DNA of 64,000 nt from positions 1,088,001-1,152,000 of the forward strand of contig JBMNIF010000002.1 of assembly GCA_050950765.1 (NCBI GenBank), written 5' to 3'. Made by a program: the position numbers and the translations under genes. Below are positions 35,155-44,411 of the stretch, in pieces. Numbering within the stretch: the first letter of the stretch is position 1; every line of letters starts with the position of its first letter. Source of the stretch: Bdellovibrionota bacterium. Lineage in GTDB: Bacteria; Bdellovibrionota_C; UBA2361; JAAYZI01. The notes under the pieces were generated by a model. The model was not told where the DNA came from. It made no database searches and worked only from the letters and a program-made list of their open reading frames with translations.

Positions 35155-37235
35155 GCCCTGAAGGGTGGCACCAGAGCCGCCGAATTCTAAACTTATGCTA
35201 ACGTCTTGATATCATTAGCAGTACTGGTGGGTGGCACCAAATTTTTGATCTCCCTGAAGGGTTGTACCAGATTCAGCCTAGCCAAAACCGTGCAGATCCC
35301 GTCTCGCTGGTGGGTGGCACCAAATTCTCCAGTCGCCTAAGTCGTCAAAGCGGTAAAAAAGAAGGGTGGCACCAGAGCCGCCGCCAAAATCGCCGAATTC
35401 TAAACTTTTGCTAATATATTGATATTATTAGGTGCCAATTAGGACACCCACTTTTTACCTTCGTAGAACTGGTGGGTGGCACCAAATTTTTGACCTCCGT
35501 ACAGATCTAACCGATTCGGTTTTGCAGTTGCAGCCCGTCCGATCGTCCCTGAAGGGTGGCACCAAATTTTTGACCTTCGTCGAAATCTAACCGATTCGGT
35601 TTTGTAGTTGCACCCGTTCAATCGTCCTTGGTGGGTGGCACCAAATTTTTGACCTCCGTACAGATCTAGCTACTTCGTTTTGCAGTTGCACCCGTTCAAT
35701 CGTCCCTGAAGGGTGGCACCAAATTTTTGACCTTCGTCGAAATCTAACCGATTCGGTTTTGTAGTTGCACCCGTTCAATCGTCCTTGGTGGGTGGCACCA
35801 AATTTACCAGTCGCCTAAGTCGTCAAAGCGGTAAAAAAGAAGGGTGGCACCAAATTCACCAGTCGCTTAAGCCGTCAAAGCGGCAAAAAAGAAGGGTGGC
35901 ACCAGATTTTTCTGTTTTGCAGTTACACCCGTCCTGCTGTCCCTGAAGGGTGGCACCAAATTTTTGCCAAATTTTTGACCTTCGTCGAAATCTAACCGAT
36001 TCGGTTTTGTAGTTGCACCCGTTCAATCGTCCTTGGTGGGTGGCACCAAATTTACCAGTCGCCTAAGTCGTCAAAGCGGTAAAAAAGAAGGGTGGCACCA
36101 AATTCACCAGTCGCTTAAGCCGTCAAAGCGGCAAAAAAGAAGGGTGGCACCAGATTTTTCTGTTTTGCAGTTACACCCGTCCTGCTGTCCCTGAAGGGTG
36201 GCACCAAATTTTTGACCTCCGTACAGATCTAGCTACTTCGTTTTGCAGTTGCAGCCCGTCCTGCTGTCCCTGAAGGGTGGCACCAAATTTTTGACCTTCG
36301 TCGAAACCTAACCGATTCGGTTTTGCAGTTGCACCCGTTCAATCGTCCTTGGTGGGTGGCACCAAATTCACCAGTCGCTTAAGCTGTCAAAGCGGCAAAA
36401 AAGAAGGGTGGCACCAGATTTTTCTGTCGTCGAAATCTAACCGATTCGGTTTTGTAGTTGCACCCGTTCAATCCAGATTTTTCTGTTTTGCAGTTGCAGC
36501 CCGTCCTGCTGTCCCTGAAGGGTGGCACCAGAGCCGCCGCCAAAACTGCCGAATTTAAGCTTTTGCTAACATCTTGATATCATTAGCAGTACTGGTGGGT
36601 GGCACCAAATTTTTGACCTCCGTACAGATCTAGCTACTTCGTTTTACAGTTGCAGCCCGTCCTGTTGTCCCTGAAGGGTGGCACCAAATTTTTGACCTCC
36701 GTACAGATCTAGCTACTTCGTTTTACAGTTGCAGCCCGTTCAATCGTCCTTGGTGGGTGGCACCAAATTTTTAACCTCCGTACAGATCTAGCCGATTCGA
36801 TCCGCAAGTTGCAGCCCGTTCAATCGTCCTTGGTGGGTGGCACCAAATTTTTAACCCCCGTCCAGACCTAGCTAGTTCTGTCTTCAGTCGCAGCCCGTCC
36901 TGCTGTCCCTGAAGGGTGGCACCAGATCTGCCAAATTCTATGCTTCTGCTAACATACTGATATTATTAGAAGTTGTAATTTTAGAGAAATCTAGCTGAAC
37001 CCGTCTTACTGGTGGGTGGCACCAGATTTTTAACCTCCGTACAGATCTAGCCGATTCGATCCGCAAGTTGCAGCCCGTTCAATCGTCCTTGGTGGGTGGC
37101 ACCAAATTCGTCCAGTCGCCTAAGTCGTCAAAGCGGTAAAAAAGAAGGGTGGCACCAAATTTTTGACCTTCGTCGAAATCTAACCGATTCGGTTTTGCAG
37201 TTGCACCCGTTCAATTGTCCTTGGTGGGTGGGTGC
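35155..37235 (+). repeat. Mosaic repeat array 2, 28 perfect copies of GGGTGGCACCA plus 2 degenerate copies
   Basis: Cores from 35163 to 37147 with recurrent 52, 54 and 78-80 bp spacings; same modules as array 1 in the opposite orientation; lies between convergent rpsI and lptG. Confidence 0.97.
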
Positions 37236-37237
37236 TT

Positions 37238-38332
37238 TTATTCTGGGGATTCTGCGCCGATGTTGAGGATAAGGGCGACTACTAACATTAAAATATTGCC
37301 GACCCAAGCTGCCAAGAGGGGGGGCCAGATCTCAGCTCGCCCCATAGCAAGGCTAAAGGAATGAACAGCGTAATAGGTAAAACTAACAAGAAGTCCAGCT
37401 ATAAAACTAATCGCCATATTCCCCGTCCTGCTAGGTTTTAGGGAAAAGGGGAGCACTACCAAAGCAGAGATCAAAATTACAAACGGAAATGCCGCCTTCG
37501 AATATAGATCAGTCAGATATCCGTTAGCCGCCAAGCCGTTGGCGATCTGTTTTTCAATGAATGCTTTTAGTTGAAAATAACTCATTGTAAACGGATCCGT
37601 CTCAACATTGTAAAAATCTTGCGGCCTATCTTGAATCGGAAGTGGTAGAGATCTTTCATGTATGGCGAGAGGAGCTTCGTTATCAGAAAGAAACTTGTAA
37701 CGAATAACATCAAACATCGTCCAGCCTAAACCGTCTTTAACAAATACAGCACGGTCTGCATCAGTTCTAACCCTCGGATAAAAATTGTCGTCAACTTCAA
37801 AGAGGGTCGGGCTGTGCAAGGTGTTGTTTCTGGAGTCAAACATTGCGATAGAATAAAATTTATTCCCTTCACGTAACCAAAAATCATCCTGACTAAAGGT
37901 TCCCGTTTTGTGCTTCTCCTTAATATCAATATTGTAGATCTCTCGCACTCGTCTGGTACAGTGCGGCACTAAAGTTTCACTAACAATCAGATCAATGATA
38001 CTCAATCCGAATGCTAAGATAAAAATAGGCTTTGCGATCCAAAAGACCTTCATACCTGAAGCGCGCATGGCTGTAATCTCAGAGTTCTTTGCTAATAAGC
38101 CGATCCCCAACATAACGGCAACGATCATTGCTAGCGGTAAGGTCAAGGTAAAGATTTGCGGAATTTTTAGAAGGAAATACTGCATTACGATAAATATTGA
38201 AGCATCTTCTCCGATGATGTTGTCAATACGATCAAAAAAATCGACAACAAGAAAAAGGGTGCACAACGCAATAGATGCTATGATTAAGTAATGGACTACC
38301 TCTTTAAATACGTAACGTTGGATTATAGTCAT
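37238..38332 (-). CDS. lptG: LPS export ABC transporter permease LptG
   Basis: IIQRYVFKE, NSEITAMRASG, periplasmic domain, PPLLAAW..N; ATGA overlap with lptF. Confidence 0.9.
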   Translation of the reverse strand: MTIIQRYVFKEVVHYLIIASIALCTLFLVVDFFDRIDNIIGEDASIFIVMQYFLLKIPQIFTLTLPLAMIVAVMLGIGLLAKNSEITAMRASGMKVFWIAKPIFILAFGLSIIDLIVSETLVPHCTRRVREIYNIDIKEKHKTGTFSQDDFWLREGNKFYSIAMFDSRNNTLHSPTLFEVDDNFYPRVRTDADRAVFVKDGLGWTMFDVIRYKFLSDNEAPLAIHERSLPLPIQDRPQDFYNVETDPFTMSYFQLKAFIEKQIANGLAANGYLTDLYSKAAFPFVILISALVVLPFSLKPSRTGNMAISFIAGLLVSFTYYAVHSFSLAMGRAEIWPPLLAAWVGNILMLVVALILNIGAESPE

Positions 38333-39597
38333 CGCACCTCTTTCCTTACCTTGCGCATAACTTTCTTTGTCACGGGTAATAAAAGACCTTCCACTCCCTC
38401 TGCAATGGATTGCCACCGTTCACTACCCATCTGCTTTAATAGATAGAAAGTAAATACCGCAATAACAAGGTTCGGCATCCATAAGGCGATTAAGGGATGA
38501 ATCGAGCCGGACTCCGCCAAAGCCACCCCAATTGATATAAAAGCATAATACAAAATAAAAACGATCATGGCGATGGCGATAGAGAGAGAGGCTCCCCAAG
38601 CTCGCTGCATCCGTGGCGGTTGAATACCTAACGGCATCGCAATTAAAGCTAATAAAAATGCTGCAAAAGGCATGCTTACTCTACGCCCGTCCTCTATTTT
38701 ACTACGTAAAAATGTTTTCTTTAACTCTTCAAACTCCAGTAACGTTGCCTCATCTTTTTCTTCAACCTCTGATATCTCTATAAGTTTCGTTTGTAATGAA
38801 GTGATATACTCGGTTAACTCCGCAGATCCCATCTCACGGTATAACTTTGAAGACTTCTTCTTCGCATCGGGATTATAAATTTCGTCCGGATCTAACGATA
38901 ATCTATTTGTCGTGAACTTCGTTAAATTATACCGCCCTCGATATTCTTCATGGATAATACCGTCATACAACTCCATAGTAATTGTACGCGCTTTTTCATC
39001 AGATAAAATTGTGCCGCTCTGCGCAAATATAATCTGTCTCCGCTCCGGATCACGTTTGTCATCAATTAAGGCGTGGGACAAAGCACCTGTTTGATGATTT
39101 ACAGAATCAGCATAAAGAATAATTTCACCGAGCTTATTAAACATTCCAGCTTCCAGCCCAGCCGTACTCTTACTACGTGCTATCTCAAAAAGGGTTTGTG
39201 AAAGTTGCCTATACCCCCAAGGACGTAACTCAGAAGTGATCCCAAAACATAAAATTGTACAAAGGATGGCAAAGACAAAAACAGGTTTAATCATCTGAGT
39301 TAAACTAACGCCACTCGCTCTTAAAACTACGATCTCAGAATCAGCAGAAAGTCTACCAAACGCCATTAAGACTCCCAGTAGGGCAGACATCGGTAATGCG
39401 ATCTCTAAAAAAGTCGGAATTACAGCTAAAAACACCATCCCGATCTGCTCTATCTGCACACCTTTGTTTACGATTAAATTTGTGAAACGCAAAATGCGAG
39501 CAACTAGGATAAGTGCAGTGAATGCAAAAAGACTGACTAAGAAATAAGAGAGAGATTCAGAAAAAATATAGCGATTTATCGTTTTAACTATTCTCAC
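38329..39597 (-). CDS. lptF: LPS export ABC transporter permease LptF (GTG start)
   Basis: INRYIFSE, GRLSADSEIVVLRASGVS, G.FN, LIAMPLG, ALWMPN. Confidence 0.9.
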   Translation of the reverse strand: MRIVKTINRYIFSESLSYFLVSLFAFTALILVARILRFTNLIVNKGVQIEQIGMVFLAVIPTFLEIALPMSALLGVLMAFGRLSADSEIVVLRASGVSLTQMIKPVFVFAILCTILCFGITSELRPWGYRQLSQTLFEIARSKSTAGLEAGMFNKLGEIILYADSVNHQTGALSHALIDDKRDPERRQIIFAQSGTILSDEKARTITMELYDGIIHEEYRGRYNLTKFTTNRLSLDPDEIYNPDAKKKSSKLYREMGSAELTEYITSLQTKLIEISEVEEKDEATLLEFEELKKTFLRSKIEDGRRVSMPFAAFLLALIAMPLGIQPPRMQRAWGASLSIAIAMIVFILYYAFISIGVALAESGSIHPLIALWMPNLVIAVFTFYLLKQMGSERWQSIAEGVEGLLLPVTKKVMRKVRKEVR

Positions 39598-39748
39598 AAT
39601 GAGCGCTGTTTTAACATAGAAAGAGTAAACTGAACATCCGCCGCAGCTGCTTTTGCTGCTAACTAGCCACTTCGCACACCACCTTCATCAATCCAACACG
39701 GATCTAACGACGATTATTTTTTTACTGCTATATCTTTGAGTTTTTGAC

Positions 39749-39782
39749 AAGCGTTCGTTTTTCAAGAACTTAACGAACGCTT
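39749..39782 (-). terminator. Hairpin downstream of rpsU
   Basis: AAGCGTTCGTT-N12-AACGAACGCTT, a perfect 11-bp stem. Confidence 0.55.
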
Positions 39783-39800
39783 ATGAATGTCACAAAATAA

Positions 39801-40097
39801 TTAGAGAAGCGCACTCTTCTTGGCGCGGGACTCTTCTTTACGAAGTTTCTTTAATGATTCTTTTAGTTTACGTTTGCTGCGCTCTGACGGTTTTTCGTAA
39901 TAACGGCGCATTTTTAACTCTTTAAAAAGCCCCTCTTTGATCAACTTACGCTTAAGGATCTTCATCGCTTTCTCAATATTGTGATCTACTGTCACTTCCA
40001 ACGCAGCCGTGCGGGGAGCATCTGTAACGTCGCGCTGCTCGTTTGCGATAGAGGCAACCTCTCCTGTTTTTGTGTTTTCGTTTTTATTTTCAGCCAC
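39801..40097 (-). CDS. rpsU: 30S ribosomal protein S21, possibly with an N-terminal extension of about 30 aa (start uncertain)
   Basis: V.V..NIEKAMKILKRK...EG...ELK.RRYYEKPSE. Confidence 0.92.
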   Translation of the reverse strand: MAENKNENTKTGEVASIANEQRDVTDAPRTAALEVTVDHNIEKAMKILKRKLIKEGLFKELKMRRYYEKPSERSKRKLKESLKKLRKEESRAKKSALL

Positions 40098-40254
40098 TTA
40101 TTTCTCTATTTTACAAAAAATTGCTTAAAAAATTGTCTACCGGAGGCCTAATGGGTACCCTACGGATACCTAAAAAATATCGCAAAATAACCGCCGATGG
40201 CTCCCGTTATTACCTAATTTTATTAAAAAAGTAAAGAGTCTGCGCCCTGATAAT

Positions 40255-41325
40255 TTATATTCCGAAACAGGTGCCAACGGCACGAGCTGCCGAAATAAGT
40301 GGATGATCTAACGGCACTGTGCGTTGTTTACCCATCACTTTTTCAAGGGGAACATCCACGATATCAACCCCTTTTAGCGCAACCATCTTATTAAAGTTCC
40401 CTGAAACTATTAACTCTACAGCCTTTGTGGCAAATTGAGTGGCAAGCACCCTATCGTGTGGAGAAGGGGTGCCGCCTCTTTGCAGGTGCCCTAAGATCGT
40501 CACTCTGGAATCTAACCCTGTCAGTTGACTCAAGCTCTCCGCTATAATGTGACTGATCCCACCTAATCTGCGTTGATTTCGTGTGTCCTGCTGGTAGGTT
40601 TGCTCTCCAGCTAGCGGTTTTGCGCCTTCGGCCACGACGACAATACTAAAACGCTTCCCCTCTTTGTAACGGTCTAAAATAGAAGAGGCAACGATCTCTA
40701 TATTATACGGCATCTCCGGAATTAAAATAGTATCACCACCCCCTGCAATACCGGCCTCCAGCGCCAGCCAACCTGCATTACGCCCCATTACCTCTACCGC
40801 CATAATGCGGTGATGAGCGTGCGCTGTGGTATGTAATTTATCTATGGCCTCTGTTGCAGTTACTAACGCCGAATCAAAACCGAAAGTGGCGTCCGTCTCC
40901 ATTAGATCTTTATCGATCGTTTTCGGCACCCCGATAACATTTATTCCCCGCTCTGCTAGCTTTCCAGCTAAGGTCATCGTGCCATCACCACCTACGCAAA
41001 CTAAGGCTGAAAGATTAAGCTCGTGGTATAGATCTATACATCTTTGTGAAAGGTCACTATAAGTGCCGTCACTATTAGGCATATGAAAGGGGTCTGCTTG
41101 ATTAGTAGATCCTAAGATCGTTCCACCCTGTGTTAAAATCCCAGAGACGTGTTTTGAATCAAGCACCTCATAGCGTTTTTCTATCATCCCGAGGAAGCTG
41201 TCATAAAACCCGATAACCTGCATCCCGTATCGGTTGATAGCACTCTTTGTAACACCTCTAATAACGGCATTTAATCCAGGGCAGTCCCCACCCCCAGTTA
41301 AGATCCCTATGGTTTGCTTTGACAT
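40255..41325 (-). CDS. pfkA: 6-phosphofructokinase (GGDGT plus PKTID, probably ATP-dependent)
   Basis: TGGGDCPGLNA, GGTILG, GGDGT, PKTIDKD, EVMGR.AGW, LGHLQRGG. Confidence 0.95.
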   Translation of the reverse strand: MSKQTIGILTGGGDCPGLNAVIRGVTKSAINRYGMQVIGFYDSFLGMIEKRYEVLDSKHVSGILTQGGTILGSTNQADPFHMPNSDGTYSDLSQRCIDLYHELNLSALVCVGGDGTMTLAGKLAERGINVIGVPKTIDKDLMETDATFGFDSALVTATEAIDKLHTTAHAHHRIMAVEVMGRNAGWLALEAGIAGGGDTILIPEMPYNIEIVASSILDRYKEGKRFSIVVVAEGAKPLAGEQTYQQDTRNQRRLGGISHIIAESLSQLTGLDSRVTILGHLQRGGTPSPHDRVLATQFATKAVELIVSGNFNKMVALKGVDIVDVPLEKVMGKQRTVPLDHPLISAARAVGTCFGI

Positions 41326-41472
41326 AATAAGCCTTTTTTATCCTTCGCTGTTTAAATTTTTACAGGTTAAATTTTTACAGACACCTCCCCTGATAACACC
41401 TCTCCGTTTAGCTAACAATACAAATGTATCTTTAACAAGATCGGATTTTAGTTATAAAACGAAGCAATATCT

Positions 41473-41808
41473 TTATTCAGGATTTTCAGGTGTTGAAGAA
41501 AAAACGGTGAAATTATAACCATTCCCATCCCTAAAGCTATATTGCGCTGGAACATTACCTCCTGAACCTGTGTATACAACTTCTAGTTGTGCGAATGAAC
41601 CACGCTCATTCACCGCATAAGGTAGATCAGAGACCTTACCTGTTTGACCGCATATAACGCCTTCCGTCTTTACAGTTATAGACATTTCAAGAAGTGCTTG
41701 TTCTACTTCAGGATTGATTTTGTATCCGGTAGAAAGAGACGCCTCGTTTAGATCACCCTTAACAGTTGTAGTTTCGTTTATATTTTTGTTTGTTAATTTA
41801 TATTCCAT
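41473..41808 (-). CDS. Hypothetical protein
   Basis: 111-aa ORF with a purine-rich upstream region; no family recognised. Confidence 0.5.
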   Translation of the reverse strand: MEYKLTNKNINETTTVKGDLNEASLSTGYKINPEVEQALLEMSITVKTEGVICGQTGKVSDLPYAVNERGSFAQLEVVYTGSGGNVPAQYSFRDGNGYNFTVFSSTPENPE

Positions 41809-41939
41809 CTCTTTCTTTCCTAAAACATCATAAAAAACAGCCGATGCTTGGAAGCGGCTTCCTTAATTATATTCTTAATTGAAGCGCTACTCTCGATTTA
41901 GATGTTACGTTTAGAATAAAGATTCTATATCTTTGGTAT

Positions 41940-42146
41940 CTATTTTTTAAAAAAAGTGTCAGGAATAGGGCGGCGAATTATTTTTTCAACTGACTCGCGT
42001 GTAATGCGCCAGTCTGAACCGACCTTAAACCCGTCTAATACTTCACTTTTTATCAGATCATAAACCTTCGGTCTCTGAATTCTTAAGAGATCCGTTACTT
42101 CTTTAACTGTTAAAAATATCGGATCTGCGGCGTTTTCTTGTGCCAT
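41940..42146 (-). CDS. Excisionase-family (HTH_17) DNA-binding protein
   Basis: FLTVKEV.DLLRI....VYDLI....L.GFKVG..WRI.RE; GGAGG RBS before the ATG at 42146. Confidence 0.85.
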   Translation of the reverse strand: MAQENAADPIFLTVKEVTDLLRIQRPKVYDLIKSEVLDGFKVGSDWRITRESVEKIIRRPIPDTFFKK

Positions 42147-42405
42147 GTCTAGTCTCCTCCCGAAAATATGTGGCAATTTTTCGCCCTCAGGTACTATGAA
42201 TTTCGGCAAAATAGAGATTTCCGTTAATAAAACAGGGCAAAAAAGAATATTTTTAACGTATTGTTATTATTAGATATTGTTTTTTTAGAGAGATAATATC
42301 TCTTTATGAAGGAATTTTGACAAAAAGATCGGTAGAAAAATTAAGGCATAGCTGTTCTCCTATAATTGAAAAACAGCTATACCAAAGCGAGGAGTAATTG
42401 AGGAG

Positions 42406-42930
42406 TTAACGAACTGCTACACTACTTGCTTCTTGAGGGTGAAACTCTGAATCACAACTAAAGTGAAGATACTTTCCAGCTCTAGCGGATATTACAGCCA
42501 TCTCAGAACGCTCAACGCCGATGGCGTAAAAGCTCATATCGTAACGATCGATCGCGACCCAACCGAGATCATCATCGTCGTCTAAATCATAAAACATATA
42601 ACTTGTGCCGTCATCACACTCCGTTACATAGTCAGGAGATCGAGTATCTTTATTGTGATTGCTAAAATAAAGTTTTGATGTGCCGACCCTGTACATTAAG
42701 GCAGGTGGCAGTTTGATAACTAATTGCAGATCTTTAGGAGATCCGAATTCTGTCTCTGTTTCAAAGTAAACATCAACTCGAACATCTGTGCCGAGTTGGA
42801 TGGCATCACTACCGATATAAACTTCTTTGACATTACGTCGACCGTCTTCCCAAAAATCATCATCATCTCCGCCACAAGCAGAGAAGAGAAGAGGTAGAAG
42901 GAGGAGGGATAAGATTGCTTTCAGCTTCAT
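42406..42930 (-). CDS. Hypothetical lipoprotein
   Basis: MKLKAILSLLLLPLLFSA-C-GG lipobox. Confidence 0.75.
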   Translation of the reverse strand: MKLKAILSLLLLPLLFSACGGDDDDFWEDGRRNVKEVYIGSDAIQLGTDVRVDVYFETETEFGSPKDLQLVIKLPPALMYRVGTSKLYFSNHNKDTRSPDYVTECDDGTSYMFYDLDDDDDLGWVAIDRYDMSFYAIGVERSEMAVISARAGKYLHFSCDSEFHPQEASSVAVR

Positions 42931-43468
42931 AACGAGATCTCCAAAGAGTAAATTAAGGTTGTCGAGAATTAACGGCATCTGCCGCCAGTATCATAGATCT
43001 ATAGGGGGAATATATCCACCAAATTATTTATCTCACTATGGGGCTCGCACGATAACTCTACGCCTAAGATTTTCGAAAAAAGCATAAAAAAGATGCTCTG
43101 CATACTTCTCTGCCATACACCGTTCAAGGAAGGTCAGATCGGCAAGATTAGTGGCGGTGTAATTTTATCAAACTTTAGTTAAGTCGTGTTATCTTGATAG
43201 CCTCTTATGATGTTGTGCAATCTCCGTGTATATCTTTGAAGTAACGCTTCCTAAGAAGTGGTAGCTACCTTTTAATTTAATTAAGTAAGTTGACATTTAA
43301 AACCGTGTGTTAAAATAGCAAGGTGAAAATTTCTCGGCTTATCTTAACAAAACTGGAATTCAACTCTGGCGCATATTTATGTGATATCGTAAGGTGACAC
43401 TGTTAAGTTGCCTACGGTTCCAAAACTTCTGGGGTAGGTGTGTTTCAAAATATTGAGGAAGAAAAGAT

Positions 43469-44224
43469 ATGAAATCTAGATTATTTAGTTCCGTACTTTT
43501 GTCTGCGGCGTTGATTGTGCCGAGTATGGCGTCAGCTGAGACGGATGCAGAGTTTGCTACTAAGATTGAGAAGTATTTACAAACAGAAAAAGGGCAAGAG
43601 GCCGTTGGTAAGGCTATTGAAGCTTATGCGAAAGCTGCTGAGGAGCGTGCTAGAAAAGAGCAGGAAGAGCGTCAAGCCAGACAGTTTGAAGAGTCTTTCA
43701 AAAATCCTACAAAGATCGATATCGGTAAAAGCCCTGTAAAGGGACCAGAGGATGCCAAGATTACTATCGTCGAGTTCTCTGATTTTCAGTGCCCATATTG
43801 CTCTCGTGGTAAAAACAATATGGAAACTGTTATGAAGATGTATCCGAACGATGTTAAGCTTGTCTTCAAACAGTTACCACTCGGTTTCCATCCGCAAGCA
43901 ACTCCAGCTGCTAAAGCTTCTTTAGCTGCAGGGAAACAGGGAAAGTTCTGGGAGATGCACGACAAGCTTTTTGATAATCAAGGTAAACTCTCTCCTGAGT
44001 TTTATGAGGAAGTTGCTAAAGAGCTCAAACTTGATATAGAGAAGTTTAAGACCGATATGGAATCTGAAGAGATTGCACAACAGATTAAAGATGAGACCGC
44101 TGAAGCTGCTAAATACGGAATTAGTGGTACACCAGGCTTCTTCGTTAACGGAGTTGCTGTAAAAGGAGCTTATCCTCCAGAACACTTTAAGATGATCATC
44201 GATCGTTGGTTATCTATGAAGTAG
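43469..44224 (+). CDS. DsbA-family thioredoxin-fold oxidoreductase
   Basis: Signal peptide, IVEFSDFQCPYC, GISGTPGFFVNG. Confidence 0.92.
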   Translation: MKSRLFSSVLLSAALIVPSMASAETDAEFATKIEKYLQTEKGQEAVGKAIEAYAKAAEERARKEQEERQARQFEESFKNPTKIDIGKSPVKGPEDAKITIVEFSDFQCPYCSRGKNNMETVMKMYPNDVKLVFKQLPLGFHPQATPAAKASLAAGKQGKFWEMHDKLFDNQGKLSPEFYEEVAKELKLDIEKFKTDMESEEIAQQIKDETAEAAKYGISGTPGFFVNGVAVKGAYPPEHFKMIIDRWLSMK

Positions 44225-44256
44225 TGTAATCTATAATAATTACACCTTTATTAATG

Positions 44257-44300
44257 GCGGCATTCGAGTGGGTAAAACCTTCGAATGCCGTTTTTTTTTT
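44257..44300 (+). terminator. Intrinsic terminator after the DsbA-family gene
   Basis: CGGCATTCGA-loop-TCGAATGCCG followed by T10. Confidence 0.85.
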
Positions 44301-44411
44301 GCTTAAGATCCGAAATTGTTTCACAATCTGTTCTGTGATGTGCAAGGAGGCAGCGCTGGCGCATAAAACGGTAGCGGTATTTTTTTGTATTTTAGTTTTT
44401 ACCTGATGGGG

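Noticed and set aside
35306..35313. E. coli Chi site GCTGGTGG in array 2 (reverse copy at 23592)
   Set aside because: Single copies arising from the GGTGG-rich core flank; Chi sequences are lineage-specific.
35439..36558. Short ORFs inside the arrays (35439, 35587, 36349; also 24087)
   Set aside because: They are translations of repeat units whose lengths are mostly not multiples of three, with no RBS noticed.
35155..37235. CRISPR array interpretation of the repeat arrays (also 23620-24655)
   Set aside because: The invariant part is only 11 bp, the intervening sequences are reused rather than unique, spacing varies from about 34 to 114 bp, and there are no cas genes in the window.
41473..43100. 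Prophage or integrative element around the excisionase-like gene
   Set aside because: No integrase, phage genes or att repeats, and the flanks are housekeeping genes.
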